A stretch of DNA of 64,000 nt from Flavobacteriales bacterium (GTDB lineage Bacteria; Bacteroidota; Bacteroidia; JACJYZ01), in the NCBI GenBank assembly GCA_020635855.1, contig JACJYZ010000002.1:79937-143936 (forward strand). The letters run 5' to 3'. Shown in pieces: positions 48,214-60,892 of the stretch (position 1 is its first letter; every line of letters starts with the position of its first letter). The notes under the pieces are model-generated. The model saw only the letters and a list, made by a program, of their open reading frames with translations, had not been told where the DNA came from and made no database searches. The position numbers and the translations under genes are program-made.

Positions 48214-51186
48214 TTACGGAATGTTTGTGTCTGCATCCGGGAATGTCCATTCGTCTGCATACATCCCATATACGTTATCGAGTTCGTGCCGCACCACATA
48301 TCCTTCGTCTTTGCCCGGGATCTGGTTCAGGTGGTATACATAGGTTTTGATGCCTGCCTGTTGCAGGGCACGGAACAAATCCGGATCCGCGGCAGCCGTT
48401 ATCCTTGATACCGCCACATGGGTGGCGTGCAGGTTTTTCAACGCGGTGATGTGATCTCCGGGCAGGGCGTACAGTACCTCCTCCGTTACAAGTACCGCAC
48501 GTATGCCCGTATGTATGCCTTGCTTCACCGCGTCTACGGAGAAGAGTTCCATCATCAGCCTTTTGCGGTCTGTGAATTGTGCGGCGAATGCAACGGGGTC
48601 ATTGACCTTGTCGGTCACCAGCACGGCATCCGGGTGCTGCCGGAACCATGCGTTGATGGCCTGCATGTCCAGGGGATGGTATTGGCCGTAGATGGGAAAG
48701 GACATGAAAGTGGCATGGTCCGGAGGAAGGTCGCCTTTGTATCCCGTGATCTTTCTCCAACCACCCCAATCGTGCGCCGCCACAAACACACCGTCTGAGG
48801 TTTGCCGGATGTCGAGCTCGAAAAGGCGGAAACCCGCCCCATAACTTTTGTCAAGCGCTTCCAGCGAATTGGTATACCTGTGACCGTCAATCATGCCGCC
48901 GGCATGAGCGATGAACCTTTCTTTGTCAGAAGCCTTGTTCATGATCTCCTGTTTCGTTTGTTGCATGTGAATGTAACGCGGAAATACAAATGCCAGCTGC
49001 GCCGTATCCGTGTACTCGCTGATCAGGCCTCCGTACCCGAAGGCAAGATAACATGTGTTGCTTTTCCATCCGGCCAGTTTGGGCAACCCGTTCTTTCTTA
49101 GCAGAGAATCGCCTGTTTCCGTATGTGCCCATGTGCTGTCGCCCGCGAGCGCGAAGAACCGCCCTGCTGCAAGTTCCTGTTCGGTCAACCTTATTAAAGC
49201 TTCCGCATCGTTCGCCTGGAAATGCCGAACGGTGAACCCATCCGGTTTTTGCACCAACATGTTGATGCCGTTATTCAACCGGTAAGAGGTGTTGCCAAGA
49301 CAGATTTGTGACGGGAGGGTGGATGGTCGGTAGGGCTTTTTTGCGGCAGCAAGAAAGATGACGTCTTCCCAAGGTTGGGGTTGTTGTAGTGTGTCGCCCT
49401 GAAAGGGCCCTGCCGCATAGAAATACTTTTGCAGGGTAAGCAGTTGGTCTTCGCTGAAACGGATCTTATGGTTGAGTTGATTCAGGCAAACATGGGTGCC
49501 CCTGCGAAGGGTTGCATGCAACATGCCCTGTTTGTTCTGTACGATGATCTGCCAGTTGTCGGTGGATTGCTTCCACGCATCCCGGGCATGCATGGGAGTG
49601 GCTGAGACAAGACGGAAACAGTTGTCGAGCCGGATGCTGAAGGTGGTGTCTTTGTTGCCTGGATTCAGGATGACCGCATCCGCATTTTCCGACCATATGT
49701 GCAGGCCTCCGTTGCTTCCCGGTTCAATGTCAATGCCCTTGGCAAACCCCGATACCGTAAGTGAGGTTTCGTTCAGGTCACGGATCGCTTCTTTGTGTCC
49801 GGCGATCCATGCGTTGATATCTGCCTGTTGAGTATCATCTTTCAGGAACCGTGCATTGTGGTGAATGCCTGCACCGGCCAGGATCATGCGCGGCAGGTCC
49901 AGTTTGCTCAGCACCCCGGAAGGTTTAACGGGTAACAGGTTTGTGTCTGCGTTGGTGATCAGGAACAGTTCCCTGGGTTCCGGGAAATCCTGCACCACAC
50001 GGGCGGTATACCCCATCATGATGTGATCGGGCAGGATGAATAGGGTGGTGTTGTCCAGCATGTGGTACCTGGCGAGGGTGTCCACCAGGTCTCCGATCCA
50101 TGCGTCGGTGGCGGCTGCCATGGTTTCAAGCCGGCTCCGCTGGGGTGCAATTCTGCTTTCGATGCGGGAATCATATACGCCGTCCGGAGGGTGGGTGGAG
50201 ATGGTCGACAGGAACAGTGCAAAGGGTTGCTTGTTTCCGCGGTGTGATTTGATCTCCGCCCCGGCCCAGTCGAACAGGTCTTTGTCGTGCAGTCCCCAGT
50301 CACATGCCGGGTAAGCATGCGGACTGTCTTTTTCCGAAAGCACCTTGAATCCGGACGCGGTCAGCAGGTCATCCATCCCGGCGAATTCTTTATGTCCCAT
50401 CATGTACTTTACATCGTATCCCGCTTTGTGCAACACGTGCCCCAATCCGGTCAGCCGGATGTCGCTGGTTTTTTGAAAGAGTTCGTTGCCCCCATGGTAG
50501 AAGAAGGAGGGGAGCCCGTACACCATGGTATAGATGGCGCCTGCCGTCCAGTTGCTGCCGTCGTTCTCCGTCATGTGATAATAGGTCATGTCGGTTGCCA
50601 GCTTTCTCAGGTTCGGTGTGAGGTGCGCGAGTTTTTCGGAGAGAAATCCGGCTTCGAAAGATTCCAGTGAGATCACGATTACATTCTGCCCGGCTTCCGC
50701 TTTGACGTCTTTCGGCATCACAAAAGTGGCGGGATTCAGGCCTGCATTCCGAAGCGCTTCATCAAAAGGGATGTCGTGGTCCGGCGGTGTTCCCGGGAGT
50801 TCGGTCAGTTGCATGGCCATGCCATTGTGACTCAGGCTGAGGCCGACCAGGCTGGCGATGCATGTGAGCCGGATGGGTGTTCCCAGCCTGATCCTGTTGG
50901 CCAGGTTGTATAATAAGATGCTTTGCAATGCCACCAGAAGAAGTGCAACGATCCATTCCATAAAAAAGAAGGACGCTGTCATGCGGATGTTCGAAAGATC
51001 AAGGTGTACCCAGAAACATTCGTTGATAAAGGAACCTTCCATGTAAAGGGCCGCCCATTGTGCCGTAAGGAAAACCGCACCTGGCGCGGCGATGCACCAT
51101 TTCCAGCGTTTCGGCAGAAAGGAGGCGATGAGTGCCATGCAACCGGTGGCAATCATCATTTGGAAGACGATATGGAAGGTTTTCAT
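48214..51186 (-). CDS. membrane-anchored sulfatase-like (LTA-synthase/alkaline-phosphatase superfamily) protein fused to a C-terminal glycerophosphodiester-phosphodiesterase-like domain
   Basis: Likely start at MKTFHIVFQ (51186). About 4 N-terminal TM helices. Sulfatase-like core (VIVISLESFEAGF...). C-terminal GDPD-like segment (FIAHAGGMIDGHRYTNSLEAL...FRLFELDIRQTSDGVFVAAHDW). Confidence 0.55.
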   Translation of the reverse strand: MKTFHIVFQMMIATGCMALIASFLPKRWKWCIAAPGAVFLTAQWAALYMEGSFINECFWVHLDLSNIRMTASFFFMEWIVALLLVALQSILLYNLANRIRLGTPIRLTCIASLVGLSLSHNGMAMQLTELPGTPPDHDIPFDEALRNAGLNPATFVMPKDVKAEAGQNVIVISLESFEAGFLSEKLAHLTPNLRKLATDMTYYHMTENDGSNWTAGAIYTMVYGLPSFFYHGGNELFQKTSDIRLTGLGHVLHKAGYDVKYMMGHKEFAGMDDLLTASGFKVLSEKDSPHAYPACDWGLHDKDLFDWAGAEIKSHRGNKQPFALFLSTISTHPPDGVYDSRIESRIAPQRSRLETMAAATDAWIGDLVDTLARYHMLDNTTLFILPDHIMMGYTARVVQDFPEPRELFLITNADTNLLPVKPSGVLSKLDLPRMILAGAGIHHNARFLKDDTQQADINAWIAGHKEAIRDLNETSLTVSGFAKGIDIEPGSNGGLHIWSENADAVILNPGNKDTTFSIRLDNCFRLVSATPMHARDAWKQSTDNWQIIVQNKQGMLHATLRRGTHVCLNQLNHKIRFSEDQLLTLQKYFYAAGPFQGDTLQQPQPWEDVIFLAAAKKPYRPSTLPSQICLGNTSYRLNNGINMLVQKPDGFTVRHFQANDAEALIRLTEQELAAGRFFALAGDSTWAHTETGDSLLRKNGLPKLAGWKSNTCYLAFGYGGLISEYTDTAQLAFVFPRYIHMQQTKQEIMNKASDKERFIAHAGGMIDGHRYTNSLEALDKSYGAGFRLFELDIRQTSDGVFVAAHDWGGWRKITGYKGDLPPDHATFMSFPIYGQYHPLDMQAINAWFRQHPDAVLVTDKVNDPVAFAAQFTDRKRLMMELFSVDAVKQGIHTGIRAVLVTEEVLYALPGDHITALKNLHATHVAVSRITAAADPDLFRALQQAGIKTYVYHLNQIPGKDEGYVVRHELDNVYGMYADEWTFPDADTNIP

Positions 51187-51366
51187 GTCCCGATTCCTTG
51201 TCCGTCCAAAAGTAGCTTTTTGACCGGATCGTTGCAGCATACTTATAAATCGACAAAAAAGCCGTTCCTTTGCAAAACTTTTGAAGGGAGAGGGTTTTCT
51301 ACGCGGTCGGCCAGGGTTGGTCACGGTTGATCACCCGGCCATACAAAGCAAAAGTCCGCTTAGAAG

Positions 51367-53100
51367 ATGATCCGATTTGACGAAATGGGTCTGCGCGAGG
51401 AAATCCTTGCCGCCATTACCGACCTGGGTTTTGTTGAACCCACGCCCATCCAGCAAAAAACCATTCCGCATCTGCTTACCCGCGAAGAAGACTTGATTGC
51501 CATTGCGCAAACCGGTACAGGGAAAACAGCTGGCTTCGGCTTGCCCGTATTGCAAAACATCAACACCGGTGACCGCGATGTACAGGCCCTCGTGCTGTGT
51601 CCCACCCGTGAACTTTGCCTGCAGATCACCCGTGACCTGGAATCGTTCGGGAAACATCTGAAAGGGTTTCATGTGACTGCCGTGTACGGTGGTGCCAGCA
51701 TGGAAGTGCAGATCAGGTCCCTGAAAAAAAGTCCGCAGGTGGTGGTGGGAACACCCGGTCGTACACTTGATCTCATCAAACGGAAAGTGCTGAAGCTTTC
51801 CAATCTCAAGTGGCTGGTATTGGATGAAGCCGATGAAATGTTGTCCATGGGATTCAAGGATGACCTGGATGCCATCCTTGCAACCGCGCCACCGCAACGC
51901 CAATCGCTGCTGTTCTCGGCCACCATGCCCAAAGACATTCGCATGCTGGCCGGCAAGTACATGGAAGGTGCCGTTGAGCTGAACGTGAGCAAGGAACACA
52001 TCAGCACCGAAAATGTGAGTCACGGTTATTACCTCGTGGGTGGCCGCGACCGCTACCTGGCTTTGAAGCGGATCGCAGATATGCACCCGAAGATTTACGC
52101 CATCATCTTTTGCCGTACCCGAAGCGAAACCAAAGACATCGCATCCAAACTCAGCCAGGAAGGCTACAACGCGGATGCATTGCACGGTGACCTCAGTCAG
52201 GCGCAGCGTGACCATGTGATGGACCGGTTCCGTCAACGTCAGCTTCAGTTGCTCGTTGCCACGGATGTGGCTGCGCGCGGATTGGATGTGACCGACCTCA
52301 CGCATGTGATCAACTACAACTTGCCCGACGACGATGCCGTGTACATTCACCGGAGCGGCCGTACCGGCAGGGGAGGAAAACGCGGATGGGCCCTGTCCAT
52401 CATCCATGTGCGTGAGAAAGGCCGGATCAAACATCTTACAAAACTGATCGGTAAACCCATGCAGCAATTGCAGGTGCCGAGTGCAAGAGAGATATGTGAA
52501 AAGCAACTCTACAATGTGCTCGACAAGATGGAGAAGGTGGAAGTGAACGAAGAACAGATTGCCGACTTCCTTCCCGCCATTGCATCCAAGTGGGAATGGA
52601 TGAGCAGGGAAGAACTCATCAAGCGATTTGTTTGGGTGGAGTTCAGTCGTTTCCTTTCCTATTACAAGGATGTGCCCGATAAGCTGCACGAAGTGGGGAA
52701 TGAAAGAGAAGTGTCACGCGAAGACCGCAAGAAGAAGCAGGGGCGTTTCGATTTTTCTTGGTTCTATCTCAACCTGGGTAGCAAAAACAAGTTGAACCCG
52801 GCACGGTTGTTTGCACTTCTGAATCAACACATGCCCACCAAGAACGTGGAGATCGGTCGCATCTCCATCAAGAAAAGCCATGTTTTCTTTGAACTGGACA
52901 AGACCCATAAGGATGAAGCGGAAGCAGCATTCAGAAAGGTGCGGTTCCAGGGAGTGCCTCTCCGGCTGGAAGAACTGGCGGCAGATTTTGTTCCACCTGA
53001 TTTGCATGAATCTTCCGGTAAGCGTTCGTCAAAAGGGGGAGGCAAAAAAGCGGGCAAGCGCAAAGACATGAAAAAGAAAGTGCACAGGAAAGGTCAGTAA
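51367..53100 (+). CDS. DEAD-box ATP-dependent RNA helicase (DeaD/CsdA-like) with DbpA-type C-terminal domain and basic tail
   Basis: Q motif, AQTGTGKT, DEAD (VLDEADEM), SAT, HRSGRTGRGG. Arg/Lys/Gly-rich C-terminus. Confidence 0.9.
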   Translation: MIRFDEMGLREEILAAITDLGFVEPTPIQQKTIPHLLTREEDLIAIAQTGTGKTAGFGLPVLQNINTGDRDVQALVLCPTRELCLQITRDLESFGKHLKGFHVTAVYGGASMEVQIRSLKKSPQVVVGTPGRTLDLIKRKVLKLSNLKWLVLDEADEMLSMGFKDDLDAILATAPPQRQSLLFSATMPKDIRMLAGKYMEGAVELNVSKEHISTENVSHGYYLVGGRDRYLALKRIADMHPKIYAIIFCRTRSETKDIASKLSQEGYNADALHGDLSQAQRDHVMDRFRQRQLQLLVATDVAARGLDVTDLTHVINYNLPDDDAVYIHRSGRTGRGGKRGWALSIIHVREKGRIKHLTKLIGKPMQQLQVPSAREICEKQLYNVLDKMEKVEVNEEQIADFLPAIASKWEWMSREELIKRFVWVEFSRFLSYYKDVPDKLHEVGNEREVSREDRKKKQGRFDFSWFYLNLGSKNKLNPARLFALLNQHMPTKNVEIGRISIKKSHVFFELDKTHKDEAEAAFRKVRFQGVPLRLEELAADFVPPDLHESSGKRSSKGGGKKAGKRKDMKKKVHRKGQ

Positions 53101-53828
53101 ATCTCTTTCCGGATGTTCGCTTCGATTTCCATGGCGGCAGGTGTCAGCACCCTTTCCTCCACCCATTTGTGAATGGTGAGATCCTTGATCAATCCTTCCA
53201 GGTGACGGACGGTTTTGGCGTAGGATGGGAGTGAGTGAACCTTGTCGTCACAGTTCTTGAGGATCTGTAACACATCTCCCAGTTGCCTTTCTATGTCATC
53301 GTGTTCGGCGGCGAACGTGGAGATGGTGTTCTTTTCCATCAGTTCGTAAAGCTCCACCAGGTTGTATTCGTTGTACCCTATATTATATAGGTAGAGGATG
53401 TAGGGGAACAGGGATGCTTCCTCTTCTTCGATGTGCTCGAGTATCTCGTCTTTTACTTCTGTGAACCTGCGGTTGACTTCGTCCAGTCTTGAGTCGGGAT
53501 TCATGGATTCACGAATCATGTCGAAGATGTATTTCTCACCTTCAGGTATGCGCCTGTACCGGTAGTACTGGTGTGTTTTCTGGAGGAAGTCGAGCATGGT
53601 GGTCACCGGGAAGGTCCGCAGTTCTTTCTCCGGAAATGCATTGAGGTTGCCATAGGCACTGAGTACGGTAAGCAGGAAGTCGGCGTTCAAACCCACCACG
53701 TTGCACGCATCCACAATGGAAAGGCCATACAAACCCTGGTCGATATTGAACCGGCTCAGTACGTCGCGCAGGAACTCGTGTTTTTGCACCAGGTCCTTGA
53801 TTCGCTCGTCTCGTGCTATGGCTTGCAT
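53094..53828 (-). CDS. hypothetical protein (possibly hemerythrin-like helical bundle)
   Basis: 244-aa helical protein with His/Glu pairs. No firm motif. Confidence 0.35.
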   Translation of the reverse strand: MQAIARDERIKDLVQKHEFLRDVLSRFNIDQGLYGLSIVDACNVVGLNADFLLTVLSAYGNLNAFPEKELRTFPVTTMLDFLQKTHQYYRYRRIPEGEKYIFDMIRESMNPDSRLDEVNRRFTEVKDEILEHIEEEEASLFPYILYLYNIGYNEYNLVELYELMEKNTISTFAAEHDDIERQLGDVLQILKNCDDKVHSLPSYAKTVRHLEGLIKDLTIHKWVEERVLTPAAMEIEANIRKEIY

Positions 53829-53887
53829 CTGTTTGGTTATAAGAGGTTGGCCTTTCTACGTTGGGTGAAAGTTACAAAAATCCGGGC

Positions 53888-54538
53888 ATGATGGAAAAGG
53901 TGGCCGGATGGCTTTCCATATCCCATGGACGTTTATACTTTTGTACAAACCGAATGCGTATGGATGCTGATCCGATCAAACAGTTCGCGTCGTGGTACCG
54001 CGATGCTGAAGCCAGTGTGAAATCAATGCCGGAGGCCGTTTGTCTTTGTACGGCCGATCCCTCCGGTCGGCCGTCGGCAAGGATGGTGCTGATGAAGGGA
54101 TTCGATGCGGATGGGTTCGTTTTCTTCACCAATTACGAAAGCAGAAAGGCAATGGAGATGATCACCAATCCCCAGGCTTTCCTGTTGTTTTACTGGAAGG
54201 AATTGGGCAGGCAGGTACGCATAGAAGGTCCGGTTGAAAGGGTGAGTTCCGAAGAATCGGACGACTACTTCGCTACCCGGCCACGCCAGAGCCAGCTGGG
54301 TGCATGGGCCTCCGCACAAAGCCGGCCGATCAAATCCAGGTTCACCCTGTTGCGCAAAGTGGCCTCGGTTGCCGCCCGTTTTGCCAACAAACCGGTGGAG
54401 CGTCCGCCTCATTGGGGTGGTTTCAGGTTGCACCCCGACCGGATGGAGTTCTGGCACGACCGCCCCTTTCGGTTACACGACCGCTTTGAATACCGCATGG
54501 ATCAAGGGGTTTGGAAAATGGAGCGGCTCTCTCCCTAA
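53888..54538 (+). CDS. pdxH: pyridoxamine 5'-phosphate oxidase
   Basis: FMN-binding split-barrel motifs (RMVLMKGFDADGFVFFTNYESRK, ...EFWHDRPFRLHDRFEYR). Confidence 0.85.
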   Translation: MMEKVAGWLSISHGRLYFCTNRMRMDADPIKQFASWYRDAEASVKSMPEAVCLCTADPSGRPSARMVLMKGFDADGFVFFTNYESRKAMEMITNPQAFLLFYWKELGRQVRIEGPVERVSSEESDDYFATRPRQSQLGAWASAQSRPIKSRFTLLRKVASVAARFANKPVERPPHWGGFRLHPDRMEFWHDRPFRLHDRFEYRMDQGVWKMERLSP

Positions 54539-54600
54539 AACCTTTGGCACAGAGTTTGCGTTTGGGGGAGGTGCAGGAATAAATCCCAAAAAGCAAACCA

Positions 54601-55422
54601 ATGAAAAAAACGCATCTCCTCCGTAACCTCCTTCCCTTTGCTTTGGTGAGTTTGACCATGGTCTCGTGCCAAAAGGAAAAGGACAACGATTATTCTTCCG
54701 CCAATGACAATGCCCTGGCCGAGCGCATGTACAGCGACATGGAAAGCATTTCCGACCAGGCAGCCGACGGCAACCTGATCAGTTTCAAAAACGGCATTGA
54801 TCAAACCATCATGGGCACCTGTGCCACCATCACCCATGATACCACAGTTACCCCGCATGTGCTGACCATTGATTTCGGTACCACCAATTGCACCTGCAAC
54901 GACGGTCGCAAACGCCGCGGTAAAATACTTGTGAGCTATTCCGGCAGGTACCGCGAACAGGGTTCGGTGCATACCATCACCACCGACGGATATTATGTAG
55001 ACGATTACAAAGTGGATGGTACCAAGTCGGTCACCAACATGGGCCGCAATGCATCCAACAACCTTTATTATGCCATCAGTGTTGATGGAACCGTGACATC
55101 GCCCGACGGAAAAACCGCCACATGGAAGTCTGATCGCGAGCGCGAATGGGTGGCCGGTGAAAGCACACTCATTAACTGGTTGGATGATGAGTATATGATC
55201 TCGGGCACAGCCAGCGGTACGGGTGCAAATGGCAAGAATTACAGCGCAAGCATCCTCAAGCCGCTCCACGTGGAACTCGATTGCCGTTGGATCACCAGCG
55301 GAAGCTTCGAACTCACACCCGAAGGAAACGATCCCATCACGGCAGATTATGGCAATGGCAATTGTGACAACCAGGCCACTGTTGAGTATCGCGGCAAAGT
55401 CTACAACATCGTATTGAGATAA
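54601..55422 (+). CDS. hypothetical lipoprotein
   Basis: MKKTHLLRNLLPFALVSLTMVSC lipobox signal. 273 aa. Confidence 0.5.
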   Translation: MKKTHLLRNLLPFALVSLTMVSCQKEKDNDYSSANDNALAERMYSDMESISDQAADGNLISFKNGIDQTIMGTCATITHDTTVTPHVLTIDFGTTNCTCNDGRKRRGKILVSYSGRYREQGSVHTITTDGYYVDDYKVDGTKSVTNMGRNASNNLYYAISVDGTVTSPDGKTATWKSDREREWVAGESTLINWLDDEYMISGTASGTGANGKNYSASILKPLHVELDCRWITSGSFELTPEGNDPITADYGNGNCDNQATVEYRGKVYNIVLR

Positions 55423-55513
55423 ACAGGATTTCTTCTCCCCGGTTCATCGCCCCGCCATTGGCGGGGCTTTTTGTTTCTCTTTGCCGGGAAATGACTAACA
55501 TTGAAAAAAAATC

Positions 55514-57753
<2,240 letters not shown>

Positions 57754-57787
57754 AGAGGTTTTATCGCCTGATAAATTGCTTACTTTT

Positions 57788-57820
57788 GAGCGGTGGTTGT
57801 GTAGCCACCGCTCTTTTTTT
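57788..57820 (+). terminator. rho-independent terminator after gdhA
   Basis: GAGCGGTGG-ttgtgtag-CCACCGCTC hairpin followed by a T7 run. Confidence 0.65.
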
Positions 57821-57854
57821 ACCCCGTATTGTCTCATCGAATAACCCATTGCTT

Positions 57855-59048
57855 ATGTACGGTAAGTTTCAGCAGTTTCTGAAAGATGAACTGGCTTCCA
57901 TTGAAAAGGCAGGCCTGTATAAAAAGGAAAGAATCATCGCCACACCCCAGGGGGCGGAAATCAAAACCTCCGACGGACGCTCGGTGATCAACTTCTGTGC
58001 AAACAACTACCTGGGCCTCTCGTCACACCCGGATGTGATTCAGGCGTCGCATCATACACTGGATAAACGCGGATATGGTATGTCTTCGGTTCGGTTCATA
58101 TGCGGTACACAAGACGTACATAAGGAACTGGAAGAAAAGGTATCCAAATTCCTGGGTACCGAGGATACCATTCTGTATGCTGCGTGTTTCGATGCCAACG
58201 GCGGTGTGTTCGAACCCTTGCTGGGGCCTGAGGACGCACTGATTTCAGATGAACTCAACCACGCATCCATCATTGATGGCGTAAGACTGTGCAAAGCACA
58301 ACGGTACCGGTACAAGAACAATGACATGGCCGATCTGGAGGAGAAACTGAAAGCAGCCCAGGAACAGCGCTTCCGGATGATCGTGACCGACGGGGTGTTC
58401 TCGATGGATGGGTACATTGCCAAACTGGATCAGGTTTGCGATCTGGCAGAAAAGTATGATGCGTTGGTGATGGTGGATGACAGCCATGCCACCGGATTTG
58501 TGGGAAAAACCGGACGGGGAACCCATGAACATTGCGGTGTGATGGGGCGGGTAGATATCATCACAAGCACTTTGGGTAAAGCCCTCGGCGGTGCGATGGG
58601 CGGATTCACGTCCGGCCGGAAGGAAATTGTGGAACTGCTGCGTCAACGTTCCCGCCCTTACCTTTTCTCAAACTCCCTGGCCCCTTCCATTGCGGGTGCC
58701 GCGTCCAGGGTGATGGACCTGCTCAGCGAAACCACGGCATTAAGAGACAAACTGATGGATAATACCGCTTATTTCCGCGCAGGAATGAAAGACGCCGGTT
58801 TTGATATCAAGGAAGGCATTCATCCCATCGTTCCCATTATGCTGTATGACGCCAAGGTGGCCCAGCTGTTTGCAGAAAGGCTGCTGGCCGAAGGAATCTA
58901 TGTGATCGGTTTCTTTTACCCGGTGGTACCCAAAGAACAGGCCCGCATCCGGGTGCAGATATCGGCGGCACACGAAACGCATCATCTGGATCAGGCGATT
59001 CAGGCCTTTAGGAAGGTGGGAGAGGAAATCGGGGTTCTCGCAAGGTGA
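57855..59048 (+). CDS. kbl: glycine C-acetyltransferase (2-amino-3-ketobutyrate CoA ligase)
   Basis: Near-collinear match to E. coli Kbl ([17 protein letters not shown]...[10 protein letters not shown]...DGVFSMDG...GTLGKALGG...RPYLFSN...GFFYPVVPK). Confidence 0.9.
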   Translation: MYGKFQQFLKDELASIEKAGLYKKERIIATPQGAEIKTSDGRSVINFCANNYLGLSSHPDVIQASHHTLDKRGYGMSSVRFICGTQDVHKELEEKVSKFLGTEDTILYAACFDANGGVFEPLLGPEDALISDELNHASIIDGVRLCKAQRYRYKNNDMADLEEKLKAAQEQRFRMIVTDGVFSMDGYIAKLDQVCDLAEKYDALVMVDDSHATGFVGKTGRGTHEHCGVMGRVDIITSTLGKALGGAMGGFTSGRKEIVELLRQRSRPYLFSNSLAPSIAGAASRVMDLLSETTALRDKLMDNTAYFRAGMKDAGFDIKEGIHPIVPIMLYDAKVAQLFAERLLAEGIYVIGFFYPVVPKEQARIRVQISAAHETHHLDQAIQAFRKVGEEIGVLAR

Positions 59049-59160
59049 AATCTAAAGGATTTTGTTGCGCGTTCTCTTGTAGCATTAAAAAAAAGGAATT
59101 ATCTTCGCAGCCCATTTTGTGGACATAGTACAGACAAAGAGTACCTGAAACCTAGCAATA

Positions 59161-59616
59161 GTGAATACTATAAGCAACAAAACCGTTTCGCTGAACAAAG
59201 CAACGGTCAAGAAAGAGTGGTTTGTGATTGATGCCGAAAACGAGGTGCTGGGAAGACTTTCTTCCAAAGTAGCTTTCGTTTTGCGCGGGAAACACAAAAC
59301 CGGATTCACCCCTCACGTGGACTGCGGTGATCATGTGATTGTGATCAATGCAGAAAAAGTAAAACTGACCGGTAAGAAAATGGAGGACAAGGAGTACATC
59401 CGTCACTCCGGCTATCCCGGCGGTCAGAAAATCACCAAGGTGGCAGACATGCTGGATCATAAACCTACCATGGTCATTGAAAAAGCCGTAAGGGGAATGC
59501 TTCCTAAGAACAAACTGGGTAACCACATCATCGGCAACCTGCACGTATATGCCGGTTCCGAACATCAGCATGCTGGACAAAACCCACAACCACTGGCCCT
59601 GAGCTCAATCAAATAA
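59161..59616 (+). CDS. rplM: 50S ribosomal protein L13
   Basis: WFVIDAENEVLGRLSSKVAFVLRGKHK signature. Located upstream of rpsI. Confidence 0.93.
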   Translation: MNTISNKTVSLNKATVKKEWFVIDAENEVLGRLSSKVAFVLRGKHKTGFTPHVDCGDHVIVINAEKVKLTGKKMEDKEYIRHSGYPGGQKITKVADMLDHKPTMVIEKAVRGMLPKNKLGNHIIGNLHVYAGSEHQHAGQNPQPLALSSIK

Positions 59617-59618
59617 AT

Positions 59619-60005
59619 ATGGATACCATCAACACCATTGGAAGAAGAAAAACCTCCGTCGCCAGGCTCTATCTGAGCGAAGGCGAAGGCGTGTTTTACA
59701 TCAATAAAAGGGACGGAAACGAATACTTCACCGTTCCCGAGCTTGTGCAAAAAATCAATCAACCCTTCGAACTGACCGAAAGCAAAGGAAAGTACGATGT
59801 GGTTGTGAATGTAAAGGGCGGTGGTATCAAAGGACAGGCGGAAGCGATCCGTCTGGCCATCAGCAAGGCCCTTTGTGAAGTGAATCCCGAATTCAGAGCC
59901 AAATTGAAGCCCGAGGGTTTGTTGACCCGCGATTCTCGCATGGTTGAGAGAAAGAAATTCGGAAGAAGGAAGGCAAGAAAGAGATTCCAGTTCAGCAAAC
60001 GTTAA
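59619..60005 (+). CDS. rpsI: 30S ribosomal protein S9
   Basis: C-terminal [17 protein letters not shown]. 128 aa. Confidence 0.93.
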   Translation: MDTINTIGRRKTSVARLYLSEGEGVFYINKRDGNEYFTVPELVQKINQPFELTESKGKYDVVVNVKGGGIKGQAEAIRLAISKALCEVNPEFRAKLKPEGLLTRDSRMVERKKFGRRKARKRFQFSKR

Positions 60006-60024
60006 GAAAACCCCCACCATTCCT

Positions 60025-60873
60025 ATGTCAAAACTGACCCAACAGGAACTTCTGGATGCAGGCGCACACTTCGGTCACCTGAAACGCAAGTGGAACCCAA
60101 AGATGGCACCGTTCATCTTTATGGAAAAGAACGGCATCCACATTATCGACCTGAACAAGACCATCGCAAAGACGGAAGTTGCCAAGTCGGCCCTGAAACA
60201 AATGGCCAAATCCGGCAAGAAAATCCTGTTCGTTGCAACCAAGAAGCAAGCCAAATCCGCCGTTGCAGACCTGGTGAAAGAAGTGAACATGCCTTACGTG
60301 ACCGAACGCTGGCCCGGTGGTATGCTTACCAACTTCGCCACCATCCGCAAGTCCATCCGCAAGCTTACTTCCATCGAGCGGATGAAGACCGACGGAACAT
60401 ACGATAACATTTCCAAGAGAGAGCGCCTTCAACTGGAGCGCCAGAAAGAAAAGCTGACGAAGGAACTCGGTAGCATTTCCGACCTGACCCGCCTGCCCGC
60501 CGCCTTGTTCGTGGTGGATATCATGCGCGAGCACATTGCAGTGCAGGAAGCCAAAAAGCTGAACATCCCTACGTTCGCTATCGTGGATACCAACTCGGAT
60601 CCGACCGAAGTGGATTTCCCGATCCCCGCAAACGATGACGCCGCCAAATCCATCACCCTGATTGTCGAATCCGTGGTTGAGTCGATCAAGGAAGGTCTTG
60701 CAGAGCGTAAGAAAGACAAGGAAAAGGAAGCTGTGGTTGCAGAGAAAGAAACCGGTGCCGATAAGGGAAAAGGCAAGATCGCTAAGAAAGCAGCTCCCAA
60801 AGCCGAAAAAGAAGAAAAAGACGCAGAGCCGAAAGCCGCTGGTGATGTGGCTAAGGTAGAAGGCGAAGAATAA
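60025..60873 (+). CDS. rpsB: 30S ribosomal protein S2
   Basis: [27 protein letters not shown]. Lys/Glu-rich C-terminal tail. Located upstream of tsf. Confidence 0.93.
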   Translation: MSKLTQQELLDAGAHFGHLKRKWNPKMAPFIFMEKNGIHIIDLNKTIAKTEVAKSALKQMAKSGKKILFVATKKQAKSAVADLVKEVNMPYVTERWPGGMLTNFATIRKSIRKLTSIERMKTDGTYDNISKRERLQLERQKEKLTKELGSISDLTRLPAALFVVDIMREHIAVQEAKKLNIPTFAIVDTNSDPTEVDFPIPANDDAAKSITLIVESVVESIKEGLAERKKDKEKEAVVAEKETGADKGKGKIAKKAAPKAEKEEKDAEPKAAGDVAKVEGEE

Positions 60874-60892
60874 TTTCAGTACCCCACAAGTT

